A DNA stretch of 61,787 nucleotides, filler included, from Asterionella formosa (lineage: Eukaryota), in assembly GCA_002256025.1 (NCBI GenBank). It is 7 parts of 7 records of this genome, joined end to end, with 100 filler letters (N's around TTAATTAATTAA, not from the genome) between each part and the next. Parts side by side here need not be neighbours in the genome. Positions count along the whole stretch, not along the records: positions 1 to 8,746 come from NKIB01011704.1; positions 8,847 to 17,591 come from NKIB01011713.1; 5 more parts are not named here. One strand, written 5' to 3'. Under the pieces are notes generated by a model, which ran no database searches, was not told where the DNA came from, and saw only the letters and a program-made list of their open reading frames with translations. Below, one piece after another: positions 1-12,869 of this stretch (position 1 is the first letter of the stretch; each line of letters starts with the position of its first letter). The translations under genes were made by a program, and so were the position numbers.

Positions 1-428
1 GAGACATGCAATGCTCAACGATGCTCAACAAGTACCAACGGTGCTTTATTTCCAATCTGGCAGGCTATTGTAATCTCTACAATCAACAATGACTTAATTA
101 TGTGTCTACAACATCAACTACTACTACTACGTGTGCTGAATTCTACAGTGTGAATCTTCCTCTTGCATGTGTTATTCTTTGCCAGTTCAGATCAAAGAAA
201 TATGTCGGAGCGGAAAAAATAATAAGTGAATCGGAATTGGCGACTCTTTCGTTCATTATATGGTGAAAGCAGCATAATATTGCGGTAGAGCAGCATAATT
301 TCGCTTTTAAACTGTTGCGATGGCTAGTTGGTCAACATATATTGTCACGAACACACATAATTATTGGTGTGATCATATAATTATTCGATAAGTGAAATAA
401 ATTTTTGTTTAACCCGAATAAATTAGGG

Positions 429-506
429 AAAAAGTAGCATAATATTTCAAAAAAGTAACATAATATTTTAGAAAAGTAACATAATATTTAAAAAAAGTAG
501 CATAAA
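429..506 (+). repeat. About 21-bp tandem repeat (AAAAGTARCATAATATTT..), 4 units; probable transposon subterminal array
   Basis: aaaagtagcataatatttca / aaaaagtaacataatatttta / gaaaagtaacataatattta / aaaaaagtagcataaa; more diverged CATAAT units lie upstream. Confidence 0.75.
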
Positions 507-3500
507 TACGTCACTTTACACATAAATTCGAAAAAGTGCCGTAAACGGCGTCTTAGATGTAGGGTTGCCTGTATCCTCGATCATAGTTCATTCCTGTAGA
601 CCTTGGTACTTCCGCTCAGCATTTTTCAATGTCAGGGCATTATTTTTTTCGACTTCACTTGGATGTAGCACGACAGTTCGTAATCCGTCCATCAAACCAA
701 CTGTCACCTCATTGAATGTCAAGTCGCACATTTCTATCGACCCTCTGACACCAAACGCTTTGCCCATTTTCCATACCATGGACTTGAGCCAATCATCATA
801 ATTAAGGTAAGGCTGCATTTGGAGTCTTCGTAGCTTCCTGTCCTCGTCTTGATCGAACTGTGACGCCATGGGCTTGTGGCCATATTCCAATGGCCGGTGC
901 TTGGCAGCAATTGCTATATTTCTTAAAGAATGCTTGAATCTCACCCTCACCATTGAAATCCTTCGACAGGGAGTATGGTATGCCTTGGCGGGAGAAGCAT
1001 TGGAAGAGGTCTTTCAGCTTGGTTTGGGCGGTGTTCGATTGCCGTTGCAATGGCTTCGTCAGAAGCACTGTCGAGAATGAGGGGCGATTTTTTCTTGCAG
1101 AATTTGGTTGCAAACCAAAGTACAGCAGTGTTGATGATGTCTTTGGTGGCGTTGCGTCTTAGCCCACAACGGATTGGTTGGTTGCCATTGTCAGGATCAT
1201 TGTCGAAAGAAGCAAGCGAGCTCAAGGTTTCATTCTCGACAAGGGATTCAAAAGACCTTGATTTAATGATGGTAGCTAAGTGACTTGGTGTATTTGATTG
1301 TATTATGTGACAGGTTTCTAATAGAATTTGTTTGTTTTGTTGATCCGAAAACATTATTGTTGGATCGAATTGAATTGGCATTGTCTTCAGCAGTTGAGTG
1401 AGACATTGGAATCCGGGAATCAGCACAATGAGCATGAGGAGCAATGATGGAAGCAGGTAACAAGTACCTTGAATCGGAATAATAGCTATGTGCTACTAGT
1501 ACTGTTGCAATCATCAGATTCACGACAATCAACAGAGCTGGGTCTATCAATGTCAGAATGGGGCGTTTCTACAACATTGGATGAGTTCACAGCTGTAGAA
1601 ACATTGCTTTTAGAAGGTTCTTTAAAGCTGACAATGACCGGAAAGGAAACAATGCGACTGTGAGTGATCGCATCATCAATGATAGATGAATCAAAATGGA
1701 AGCACAATTATGCAACAATCAACAACAAACGCACCTTTCTATTTCTTTGTTCCAATCAATGGCTGCTTCGGGAATACTTGCAGCATTTGAAATAACCTCA
1801 TTCCATTCCAATAAACTGAAGAATGTAATGAATTGAATAGTACTAGTATGTTAGGATGAAATCGACAATTCGGTCAGCCAGCATGGGCGGAAGCACACAC
1901 CAATCGACAACATACCCAAGCTTCTATTCCTTTCTAGAGCACACATGATTGCCAATGCAGCACGCCGGTTATCATCTTGCACTTTGCGCTTAGCAGTATT
2001 TGTCACTGCTCTTTGAGAGAAACGACGGCTTCTAGTTCCCGTTGTCATTGTAGAATAATCAGTAGGTTAGAATTGTAATAAGATTGAATTACTAAAACAG
2101 AGCAACTATAAATTTTAGAGCATCATAAAAAGCACTCTCAAACTTGCTTCCGAGACATCATATCTGATCTTCACGTAGAAAACATACTAAAAAATAAATT
2201 TTTGAAGAAAAACTGAATATAATGTCTGAGAATAGCACCAAAAATGTGACAACGATTGCTTGAAATGGACTTCTTGTTACCAGCGCAACCCATGAATCTT
2301 GTTCCCCAACAGTCCAATCAACGATATTATCGATGAGCAATCATCCGATTTGTCAGTATCCAACAGATCGGATGATGAATTATGAGACTTTTTGAGATCA
2401 ATTGAATTGGGAACAGCGATTTTGCCACCACTGCGACGAAGTAGGTATGATGTCACAACACGAATTCCACAAGAAGACGAGTCGTCCAACAACCAACCAC
2501 ATCCGTTTGAAGACGAGTCGCTACTGGAGTCATCAAGGAACACATTTTGCTTCAAATGAGGCATGATGGTAAATGATTTACTGTGTCAAAGCTGTATTTT
2601 CGCTCTCACATTTTAGGAAACAAACAAAATCGATGTATATTACAACAGATTGGTTAATACTAGATATATTATAATCAAATCTGTATAGTATATAAAATGG
2701 TTTCCTTAAGTAGACCCCTTGCCGATTTCAGCAATCCCAGGGCTGGAAAACCGAGAGGCAATTGACGTCTGTTGTCTTGCCAAAATGCTAACATATGAAA
2801 AATCCAAAATATATTTTAATGATGGGCAATATCAGACCTTCGGCAAAAATTATATATGATGGGCAATAGTAGGCTAAAATTGACATTTATGCTTTATTTT
2901 TGGGCAGTAGGTAAGCGAATGAGAGCGGGAATTGCCTCAACAAGACCTTCTTGGCGGCTACTTGCCTTCTCGTCAACATGTGTACTTGCAGGCAAGAGAC
3001 CACCTCGGGCGTGTATTGTCTCCAGCAAGGAAGGTGTACCCATCGGGCACACCATTTTGTGAGACACATGATTTTTTATTGAATGCATCTTGGCAGATAT
3101 TCCAATTCCACCAAGCGCGTTCAATCTTCTTCACTTTTGCAATTCTTCGCTGATTAAGGTGACGTTTGGTCTCATCACCGGAAGACTCTGCTACCTGCGA
3201 AATTGAAATATTTGATTGTCATAACATGATGTGAGAACTCATGTCAATCTGATTCGAACTCGTGTCAACCTGCAGAACAACATCAGCACAACTCGGAAAC
3301 TCACCTGAAATTCTTTTTCTTTTTCGACAGTAATGGTTCCAGCACACGATGGTGATACAATAACTAGCACAGTGATCAAAACTCGGATTGTAAGGAGGAG
3401 CTCCATTATGTAGTCCTTTCGACAAATTCCAAGGGTTAGCACTTAGTGAGTTATGCATAAGGAGCTAACTGGTGTTGTAAAGGGTTGCGATCTCTCCAAA

Positions 3501-6500
3501 TTGCGTAGACGAGATGTGACTAACCTATTTGAAAGGGCCACTAACAAGTGAACTGAAAGTTGGGTATCTCGCAATCTGCTGCGCTTACATTTGTGAGTGA
3601 TCAAGATCAGGTTTTTGTTGACCAAGTCGGCTTTGCATGCTTGAAAGGGGTTCATGTCATATTATTGGCATCAGTTCTTCGGGTTCGCAGGTTTCAAAGG
3701 GGGCTACATGAAGGCATGGATGGGAGGTTGCTGAAGGTAAGACGATACGATCGAGGGTGGAGACTGCATTCGTGATTTATGGTGTTCAAGGCTTGGGAGA
3801 CGCGAGTAGGTTGGTTGATTGAACGAGCAGTGCCGGGCCAAATCGAGTACCGGTATCTTAACTACATAGGCATTTCATAACCTAGCTACCGCTACTGGTA
3901 TCGGCGCGCTTTTTTGCCACTAGTAGTACATTGCCCTTTTTCAGTCCACATCGAAAACCAATTATATATACATAGTCTAGTTTGTATATGTGTTGGATGC
4001 GAAATAGCCAATTGCCCCATTTATTTAAGGTAACTTGGAACGAGTACGATGATGCTTTCCCAGTATTTTGGTACCATGCATGGTACTACATATATCAAGC
4101 ACAACATAGACACTACAATCATAAAAGAATAAGAATCCTAATAACAGTAATAATGACAGCGAAGATGGAAGTCACCAATGGCACATTCATGTAATTTAGA
4201 GTTGCCAAATTTTTAAACGACAATGCTACGAGCAGATATGACATGTTTCATGTAATTTAGAGTTGCTTGGGTAATGACGATGGAAACGCATCTTTTCGTT
4301 GGGAGACTAAAAGCGATGCCTTCTACGTTCATACTATCAGGAGTAACAAAACTATTGGGAGTAACACAGAGGTATACCTAATACCCCATACATAATAAAA
4401 TATTGTGAAATCGACATTGATGCCTGATAAAAATAATTGCAATCTACTTCTTCATTTTGCTACCACTATGTACCGGTATTATCGTAAAAATGCTGACTTC
4501 AACTTGCTAAGTACTGTCTGCGGACTTCAAGTTCATTTTGACAATAAAACGACTAACGGCTGAACGTCTATGTAAACAACTATTTAAAGAATAACAGAGT
4601 GGCGCAAAATTTAGGGTTCGACAATTTTGGGGATGTACCCCTACCTTTATCTCATATGTGAATCCATGAACAGAAAACGAGCAAACTGCATGCTATGTGC
4701 GCTGATTACCGGGCCTTCCAGTACTACATATGCACACTGGCAATAACCTGTGTACTGGTTTGGTACATATATACCGAACCAAGGAGATATGGTTTAAGCA
4801 TGTGCCAGTAGCAGTTATAACATCATCTGCAACAGCAACAACAGCAGATCATTGCTGATTTCGCAAAAATCAATGGCATGTCATCTAACACTCATGTTGA
4901 TGCCATTGAACCCATGGACTCATGCAACAATCGACCTCATTGCATCTTAGCAGGTCTTGATGGTAATGGCAAAGTGCTTCCAGAAAGATACATGAAATAG
5001 TATTCCGGAAGAACACTTCTCCTGCTGCCTGCTCTGGAAATGGAAGGTCTGCTGAACAATGTGCATCTACCCCCAAAATTCAGAGTGATCCAAGAGGATC
5101 TGCCAACAATACATCGACGATGTGGGGCGAGCTCAATTGATTACTCCACAGATGTCAAACTGGTTATATCTCTTATACATTTCAAGACAAGCTGTTGAAT
5201 CAGGTTGTTTCCAAAAACATTTCGCCACAAATTTCGACTTCAACACAAGCAATCCATTTTATTTGTTTCTATTAGTGTTTGGCGCCTTGCAACAGGTAAG
5301 AAGACGTCACTGGGTAATGCAGTTGCAGAACTCATTACTAATATACCCAACCCATCGGTAGATGAGATGTACCCAAGACTGACATTTGTGGATTTGAATG
5401 AGGAATATTACCTGACACAGGGGTGGATTGATGATTTACATTTGTCTTCTTTGAGCAGTAGTACTCATCAACCACAATTTTGCGCTTCCTTCTTGTCCTC
5501 ATCTGTGTAAACATATTCTCGGTCTCCTTTGTAATTGAGTCAAGTTTTGTTTCTAACATATCAAGCTTGTTTTGAATGTTTGCAAACATTATATGGTGTT
5601 CGAAAGGGTATCTCCCTTGTTGCTGCTGCAGAAGACAACCCTTGATCTGACCACAAGTGCATGCTGCAGATTGACTGAGATGTAATAATGTATTTCATCT
5701 ACAACGCTGATTACTGTTAAAACCACCACAAAAAACGCTAGTCAAAAATGAAAACCCAAATTCATAATTTGGTTGGCGGCCCAAAATGACGAACTTAGCT
5801 ACATACATAATTTAAGGGCATGACATCACATATAAAATGTTATTCATCATACAATATATATGATAGAAGTGAGCTAGAATAGTTTCGACAACTTCCATAA
5901 TTATTTTAGAAAACCCACATAATTTTTTCGGCCAACTGACATTATTTTTGTACTTTCAATTGAATAATTTCTTGATCCTCAACCACAAAAATATTGTTCC
6001 CGAAAATCATTTATATTCTAAATACAAATGAAATCAAACCAAATACAAGCAGCTGCTAAATAGTTGTAAATATTCTTAAGTGTGTACAATCTATTTTATT
6101 CCCAGCAACAAAGCAACTATCATGCTGGCACTCCTAAAGCAAAGAAAGGCAGTGGAGCAACGCCGAAATTGGGCAGCATTCTCCTCCTAGCTTCTCTTAG
6201 CTAGGGAAACATTTATTTCAACTCATCCTGAAAACCGGAGCGCTCTCAGTTCATCAGCTCTTCTTGACTCTCTATGGAAAAGATAAATAAGACGAAGAAG
6301 CAAGCAATAATGGTTTGGATGTGGTCCCATCTGAGAATAACAACAAGGGTGGCTGGGGCAAGTATAAAAGTGAGACTTTATAATCAGAAATCTTTGGCCT
6401 TGCCTGAATCAACATTGCATTCATCATCCTTACCTTTTATTTACTTATTCATTGATGTACTAGATATTCCATCAAATGTGTTGCTCATCACTGAATGGTA

Positions 6501-6566
6501 TCAATATATAGAAGCATTTTTTAGGACTTCGTCATTGAAAGAGGAAATGTAAAGGGAGACGAAAAC

Positions 6567-6806
6567 AACATACCAAGAAAAGCGCCACCAAAAAGGCTTG
6601 GGAACGATCCCCATTCTTGTCTTAATCTTGAAAATTCATTCCTAAATGGATGTAGTTAAGGAAGTAGGCGGTAGAAGTTTGAAAAGTAGAAGCTTACTCA
6701 GCCAGAATGTGGAACAAAGGCAAAAAAGAAAAAAAACAGCATACCAAAAAATCGCCGACAATAAGGGCTTTAAAAGAATGACCCCCATTCTTGATTGAAT
6801 CTTGAA
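6567..6806 (+). repeat. Diverged direct repeat of about 66 bp (6567-6632, 6739-6806)
   Basis: cataccaa..cgcc..ggctt..ccccattcttg..aatcttgaa occurs twice. Confidence 0.6.
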
Positions 6807-7452
6807 TATAGTCATGAAAGTCTATAAATTACGAAGGACGTACGGAGTCGAGAAGGAAACGCTCAGAAAGAAGTATCATTGCTTCAAAATTACCACACAG
6901 AGGCAATTATTGTCATTGTAAATTTTCCTTTTGGCGTGATTTTTCAATTTGAGGTGCAAGGATGATGCTGCTAAAAGAAAATTTAATTAATTAAAAATGG
7001 GCACAGACACTGTTGTGCTCATTAACGAAAAGAATATACCAACCTAAAGTAAATTGTACACATTCAAATACTGGGGCTTTCTGCAGTGTTGTACGAGTCT
7101 ACCATTATGAGGACCACCAATTCACGAAATTCATCAATTTAGGTCATCACCAAGGATATATGTGTTGTTTTTTTGAAATTTGATGTTAACGAAACATGTG
7201 TAAGTGTTAAAATAATAAGTTGAAAATCAAAACGACAGTAATCAACTCCTCATTTCGCTTTGGTCGATTTTCATCATGAAAAGAATATTAATTTAGCTAA
7301 GAAAATTTTTTACAATGACTTTCAATTGCCCATTTTATCAACAAATGTTTGAAGCACAAAACAACGTGCCTTGGAGATCCTAGCCACTCCTTTTGTTGCA
7401 CCTGAGACTCAGGGTATCTTATGGTGCCCTACATGTCAATCATCCATCCTCA

Positions 7453-8120
7453 GGAAGGTCTGGTAGCGCACGTCCTATGCACACCTTTCAGTTTCATCGC
7501 ACTCCCAAGAGATTGTCTCATGCCTGCTGGACGAGGAGCCCGAGATAGACTGGCTTTCCATGAAAATAATATTCCTTAAGTAATTTAGTAAAACTTTACT
7601 CTTATTTACCGATGACAATTCGCAGAACCAGTCTCTGAACACAACTCAGATTTGCTGACTGATGAACGTGTTCAGCAAACCGTCTTCCAGCTTCGGAATC
7701 AACATAGGAATCCTACTAACTTCCTATGTTACTAGAGCTTGCTGACATTGACTAGTTGGATTTGCTGACAATGTCTCGAAACTGCTGACTAGTCATTGTC
7801 AGCAAATTCTAGTCGTTGTCAGCATATTCTAGCCATTGTCAGCAAGTTCTAAATGTAGAAAGGTAGGATTCCTATGATTTGTATTCCAAAGCAAGCTAGA
7901 AAATGTTAGCTGAAAACATTCATCAGTCAGCGAATCCGAGTCGTGTTCAGAGACGGATTCTGCAAATCATCATCAGCCAATAAGAGTAAAGTTTTACTAA
8001 ATTACTTAAGGAATATTGTTTCCATCAAAAGCTGGCCTATCTCATCTGGCAGGCATGAGATGAGTGAGTCGAAACTGAAAAAGGCGCCAAAAATGTGCGC
8101 TAGTGCTAGTGGACCTTCTT
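7453..8120. mobile_element. Palindromic foldback/MITE-like element, about 670 bp
   Basis: aatattccttaagtaatttagtaaaactttactctta (~7568) is the exact reverse complement of 7981-8017; similarity extends to both ends; centre gactagtc at ~7790 with 20-bp ctagYcattgtcagca subrepeats. Confidence 0.8.
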
Positions 8121-8746
8121 CCAGTCAAATGAAATGTACCAGTAGCTTGGTTCGCCCATTGATGAATTGATTCTGCAATGATAAGGTTGTGACTGGGTGT
8201 GCAAAGCATCAGGTGTCACGATTCGAGTCAACATTTGACACCAACTTTGTCATGTATTCTTGTCTATGCAGGCAACGCTAACATTTGTTTTTTCAGGTTA
8301 AATGCAGGTAGACTATGGGTGCTGAAATACAGGTACTCTATTGGCTAATTAAAAAATTTGAATGGTATACAAGTAGCTACCGGTACCAGGTACTCCAATT
8401 CCAGTAACTCCCGGTATACTGTCACCATTTACTCGGTTTGCAAACATTTAAACAACACGAGCTGGCCAAACTAGATTCTAACTAAAACTCAGCTAATTAA
8501 ATATTATCGCTCATCGAACAAAACATCACCACCATTTTGACTTGCTTCTTAAGATATTTTGTTTGTCCTTCCTCAGCTTTTTCTTTTGTCATAATTTTCG
8601 ATTGTTCTGATGTTGAGGGCGCTGTCATTGTCAAATCATCATCATCAGCAGAAAAGTCTTGTCTCCTGTGCTCTTCCTCTCCCGCACTCGTTCGGATCAT
8701 AGTGGACACACATGCGTTTACACACGATAATGATAATTACAAGGAG

Positions 8747-8846
8747 NNNNNNNNNNNNNNNNNNNNNNNNNNNNNNNNNNNNNNNNNNNNTTAATTAATT
8801 AANNNNNNNNNNNNNNNNNNNNNNNNNNNNNNNNNNNNNNNNNNNN
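8747..8846. other. Artificial contig linker
   Basis: N-run + TTAATTAATTAA (stops in all six frames) + N-run, 100 nt. Confidence 0.99.
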
Positions 8847-9808
8847 AGCAGGGTGAAGTACCAAATCCCGAACCTAGTCATTTCTGAGCCGTACATAACC
8901 CAAACTACAAGGCTCCCAAACCCAACGTGTAAATATTTCCAAGCCCTACTTGATTCCGGGGGTGGACAGAGGAGGGCATGGTACGACACTCTGTCTGTTG
9001 GTTCAGGCACAAAGGGTTTCACGACCTTGTCCAGAACAACAGCATGAAATGCAGCATCTTTCCTTTTCGTTGTGTAACGTCGATACAAGAATTGAATTCC
9101 TGCGATGAAAAAGTAATGTGTCACCGCGTCAAGCCAAGGTGCGAACCATAGTAATCCATTGTCGGTGTGATATAGACTGAGCGATTTCGAAGCACAGACA
9201 AACGAAAGAACAACGAAAGGGGAAGCCAAGCAAACGACTGCAAGAAGTATCTTGTTACCATGTAACTCACTTCTAAGCGTACCGGGGTAAGACTCGACCT
9301 CACAAGCCAGAATAGGGTGTTTGGGGTCTTCCATGTCCACGTTGAGCTCCAAGTATGTTTCCGTTGCTATCAAGCCCAACGTATCATCAGCAAATTTCTT
9401 TTGATACGTGATGCCATCAGTAGTGTACTCGACAACAAAAAAGCAAGTTGGCGGCCTACGCATCTTATTTTCTTGTTTGTAGATGACTCTTCCGAACACT
9501 CGTTCCCCTTGGGTTGACCATCGTTTCTTCTCCTCTCGCAGGGTAAAGATCAAATCAATGCCCAAGGGCACGAATGCGATTGAAAAGGCGAAAGACGACA
9601 CGAACCGACTCAATGCATCCCCGATGGTGTATCCATTGAGACACACGACTAATGCCCACACGAACCAAGAACTAGGAGGTGACGACTCCAGTAGTGAAGG
9701 GTGAACCGCCTGGTTCTCGCTCATCGGGTTGCTGTTGTTCTCCTCGATGGGCATTCCATTCTCGTAAGAGATGTAGTTCGTTTCTGTTTCAGCTTGTATG
9801 TTGTCCAT
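8847..9808 (-). CDS. Multi-pass membrane protein of unknown function, 3' end truncated by contig end
   Basis: Open frame >320 aa from ATG, several hydrophobic segments around a beta-rich loop (GRVIYKQ..FFVVEYTTDGITY, loosely DUF3592-like). Confidence 0.7.
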
Positions 9809-10649
9809 CTTGCAATCGATTTATGGACTCTCCAACTTGTACATCCCTGGACCATTGTTGAATATAATACCAGTATGCAATATCGCCTTGGTATATGTAG
9901 CTCAAGCATACCAGGAGTACCACCAGGTACTGGTAAATTCCAGCAACGAGCGAAGGTTCTTGCGACAACAGAATAATACGAAGGTGTGCTTAGGGGTCGG
10001 CGGGCGTTGAGTCCTTACGACTTGATCGCCCTGCTCTTCAATATCATCCTATATCATCAGGTCGAGGCAGGCGGATACATTGCATGTCGATCCATTCTGT
10101 GACCAAAAAATATTTGGCAAATGATAATGCGTATGTACATAGAGATTTAGGGTATGCTACCGGTGGTATATCAAGTCCCACTTGTGCCACTATCATTTCA
10201 TAGGTGTTTTTCTAGTGGTTGAAGTGCCTATTAACTCTACATACACGAACAAAGGTGAGGAATTATTTAGAAATTATGTCAGTTCAAACAGCAAGGACCA
10301 GCGCGTGTCACATGTATGATTATGACTGGCTTCTTTCGCCAAAATTGCTTCCGATTGCTGATTCGCTGAAGCAAATGAGAAGCAAGGAACAAATTTCTCA
10401 TCATTCGCGAAGCCTGACTTCAGTCTGGGTTCGTTCCTGGTTGACGCTTTAGATGCATCATGACATGCCGTTGTATTCGTACACGCGGAGTAAGAGTCAT
10501 AAAAGTCGTTTCTAGGCTTAATCGTTGCTGCAGTGTCATTATTGTCTCCTTGTGTTGCGTTTCTGCTTGGTGACATTATATTCATAAAACAAAAACCAAA
10601 TATTCAAAGCAACCCAACAGACTACCATACAAACCCATATATCATTACA

Positions 10650-10910
10650 ATGCTCTCCTCCAGAATACTAAATCGCACAATGGCTCGCAAGGTCGTCCAT
10701 CACTTTACGACTTTTCACCAATTCAGACCAAAAGTAAATCCCATTGTGGTTGCATGGCTCGTGACGATGTGTGGAAGCCTTTGGTGGATGATTGAGTATC
10801 CACCTGTTCAACGAGTTACCATTATGAAAACACAACAATCCGAGACTGATGAATCACAAAGTCCGGAAATGGTCGAAGTCCACACTTTGGTATGGGACAC
10901 CCGCCATTAA
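10650..10910 (+). CDS. Putative small mitochondrion-targeted single-TM protein (86 aa)
   Basis: A/C-rich leader then ATG; MLSSRILNRTMARK N-terminus (R/S-rich, no acidic residues); hydrophobic PIVVAWLVTMCGSLWW segment. Confidence 0.45.
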   Translation: MLSSRILNRTMARKVVHHFTTFHQFRPKVNPIVVAWLVTMCGSLWWMIEYPPVQRVTIMKTQQSETDESQSPEMVEVHTLVWDTRH

Positions 10911-11133
10911 AATCCTCCAAGAAATGACTACAGATGAAAGGGAATTTCGAACGACACCTGAAAAGAAATTTTACATGGTTACTACATCTCATTATAGAAA
11001 GTGAAAGACAGTGTCGATGGAGACTATGCGATTCGCTCATTTTGCGGAAGCAACCATCAATCCCAGAAAAGGGAACGAAATAGAAATATCATAGAACATT
11101 TAAATAATTTGCCACTATCAATATTGTTCAATG

Positions 11134-12231
11134 TTATTCCTTCTCTCCGTCATTGCCGTCTTGTTCCTTTTCGTTGGCACCATCCTCCGCACTCCCCCCA
11201 TTTGCCTTCTCACGAAATTCATGTAGATTAAAATTCTGAAATTTCCCAGCACAATCGTCAATCACAGATATGCCACATAGCGTCTTACAAATCTCCACAA
11301 CGATGGTCACATCTGCATTCTTGAGTTTGACTGTATAATTGGGCTTTTTGGCGACAACCAAATTGTAAATACAGTCAATGATTTGGTCTTTAGTAACCAA
11401 TGAGCAATTGCGTCGTTTTAATAGCACAGCAAACGTCTTTGGGTCATTGCTTGTCGACAAGTACTTGTCCAGCAAGACATTGGCCATATGTGTGATTTCT
11501 TCCAAGGTAGCATAGCAGGTAGCTTGAATAGGAATCATTCGAGAAATGAATCGAGACGATGGGGCGTCTGTGTTTTTAGCTTGAATGTCAGCAATGACTT
11601 TGTAAACAACCGCGAGTGGATCCCATGGGGCAGGTTTAGATGGATCGTAGAGACGAGGGTGGACCGAATTTTTGATGGTGGTGGTGACTGGCGCCGATGA
11701 GTCAACCTCGTCCACCTTGGACTCGACGTCGACCTCCTTTGGTGCATCATGTACTAGCTTCTGTTTTTTGTTTGAAAGTTCATTATTACTATCCTCTTCA
11801 GTGGCCTTAGTAATGTCCCGTTCCATTGGTGGCACCAAAGCACAAGCGGGAAGAACACACATCAAACTAACAGTTCCTCGACAACCAGTATCATATTCAA
11901 CCAGTAATCCTGAATCCTTGTTCTTTCTTGACTTTTTGAACATTTGAATCTCATCCTCCAAAGATAATTTGGCAGTGCAATTGTTGTCCTTATTGTCATC
12001 ATCACCACCACCACCACCATCTTGTTGGATATTCCAATAATGCTCCAAAATCTGTACACCTTCGCGTTTGGCTCTATTGTCACGTCCAGTTTCGCAAGTT
12101 AGGAGTATTCCTGGTCCACCTCGTCGGGGATTAGAACGACGGCTATTGTTGTTGTTGATATTATTATTTGCCTTGCGCTTCTTATTATGAGTGTTGGGGT
12201 TGGCTTGATTTCGGGGAGTGCTTCGTGTCAT
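11134..12231 (-). CDS. THUMP domain protein (THUMPD1/Tan1-like)
   Basis: GPGILLTCETGRDNRAKREG, SRFISRMIPIQATC, TFAVLLKRRN, VKLKNADVTIVVEICKTLCGISVI, FNLHE motifs. Confidence 0.88.
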   Translation of the reverse strand: MTRSTPRNQANPNTHNKKRKANNNINNNNSRRSNPRRGGPGILLTCETGRDNRAKREGVQILEHYWNIQQDGGGGGDDDNKDNNCTAKLSLEDEIQMFKKSRKNKDSGLLVEYDTGCRGTVSLMCVLPACALVPPMERDITKATEEDSNNELSNKKQKLVHDAPKEVDVESKVDEVDSSAPVTTTIKNSVHPRLYDPSKPAPWDPLAVVYKVIADIQAKNTDAPSSRFISRMIPIQATCYATLEEITHMANVLLDKYLSTSNDPKTFAVLLKRRNCSLVTKDQIIDCIYNLVVAKKPNYTVKLKNADVTIVVEICKTLCGISVIDDCAGKFQNFNLHEFREKANGGSAEDGANEKEQDGNDGEKE

Positions 12232-12869
12232 GATATTCACTGAATGCTGATGATGAGGGGATTCAATGTGTTGTGGATTTAAAGTTGGAGAACACAGATA
12301 CAGATGTATATATATATTGTAGTCAACGCTGCGTATTACTATCAGAGATCAATGATCAATGGTTCATTGATGTGAGCCGAGTTATTGTGAGGAACCCTGA
12401 TTATTGCTTTTGCTGTATTATATCGTAATGCATGGCGGGAATCTAACAGTACATCCTCATTGGAAGCACGACGAGGATCCGTGGCCGCATATACCGGTAG
12501 TACCAGCTACCATACACCGGCGTGCTGGTACCCCTGGTATACTGGACAGCAGTAGAAAGCAACGTCCAAATTACCGCTCACCACACAGCTATTTAACCAG
12601 GTAGACTAATAAATAATAATAATAGTTTTGTAGTAAGTAAGAAATGCATTGCTTTATTTTTACCAATAGCTATTAGTCTAATTCTTTAATAATAATTAGC
12701 TACCGGTACAGTCACATGCGAATATACCGGTCCCTGGTACCACTGGTTGTCTCTGCTACGTGTGTAAAGGCTGTGCCGGTACAACGATGGTACAAAATGC
12801 TTACGTAAAATTATGTCCTGTACTACATATGTGCTGACAACAAGACCAATTACTTATTAGGCAACAACC

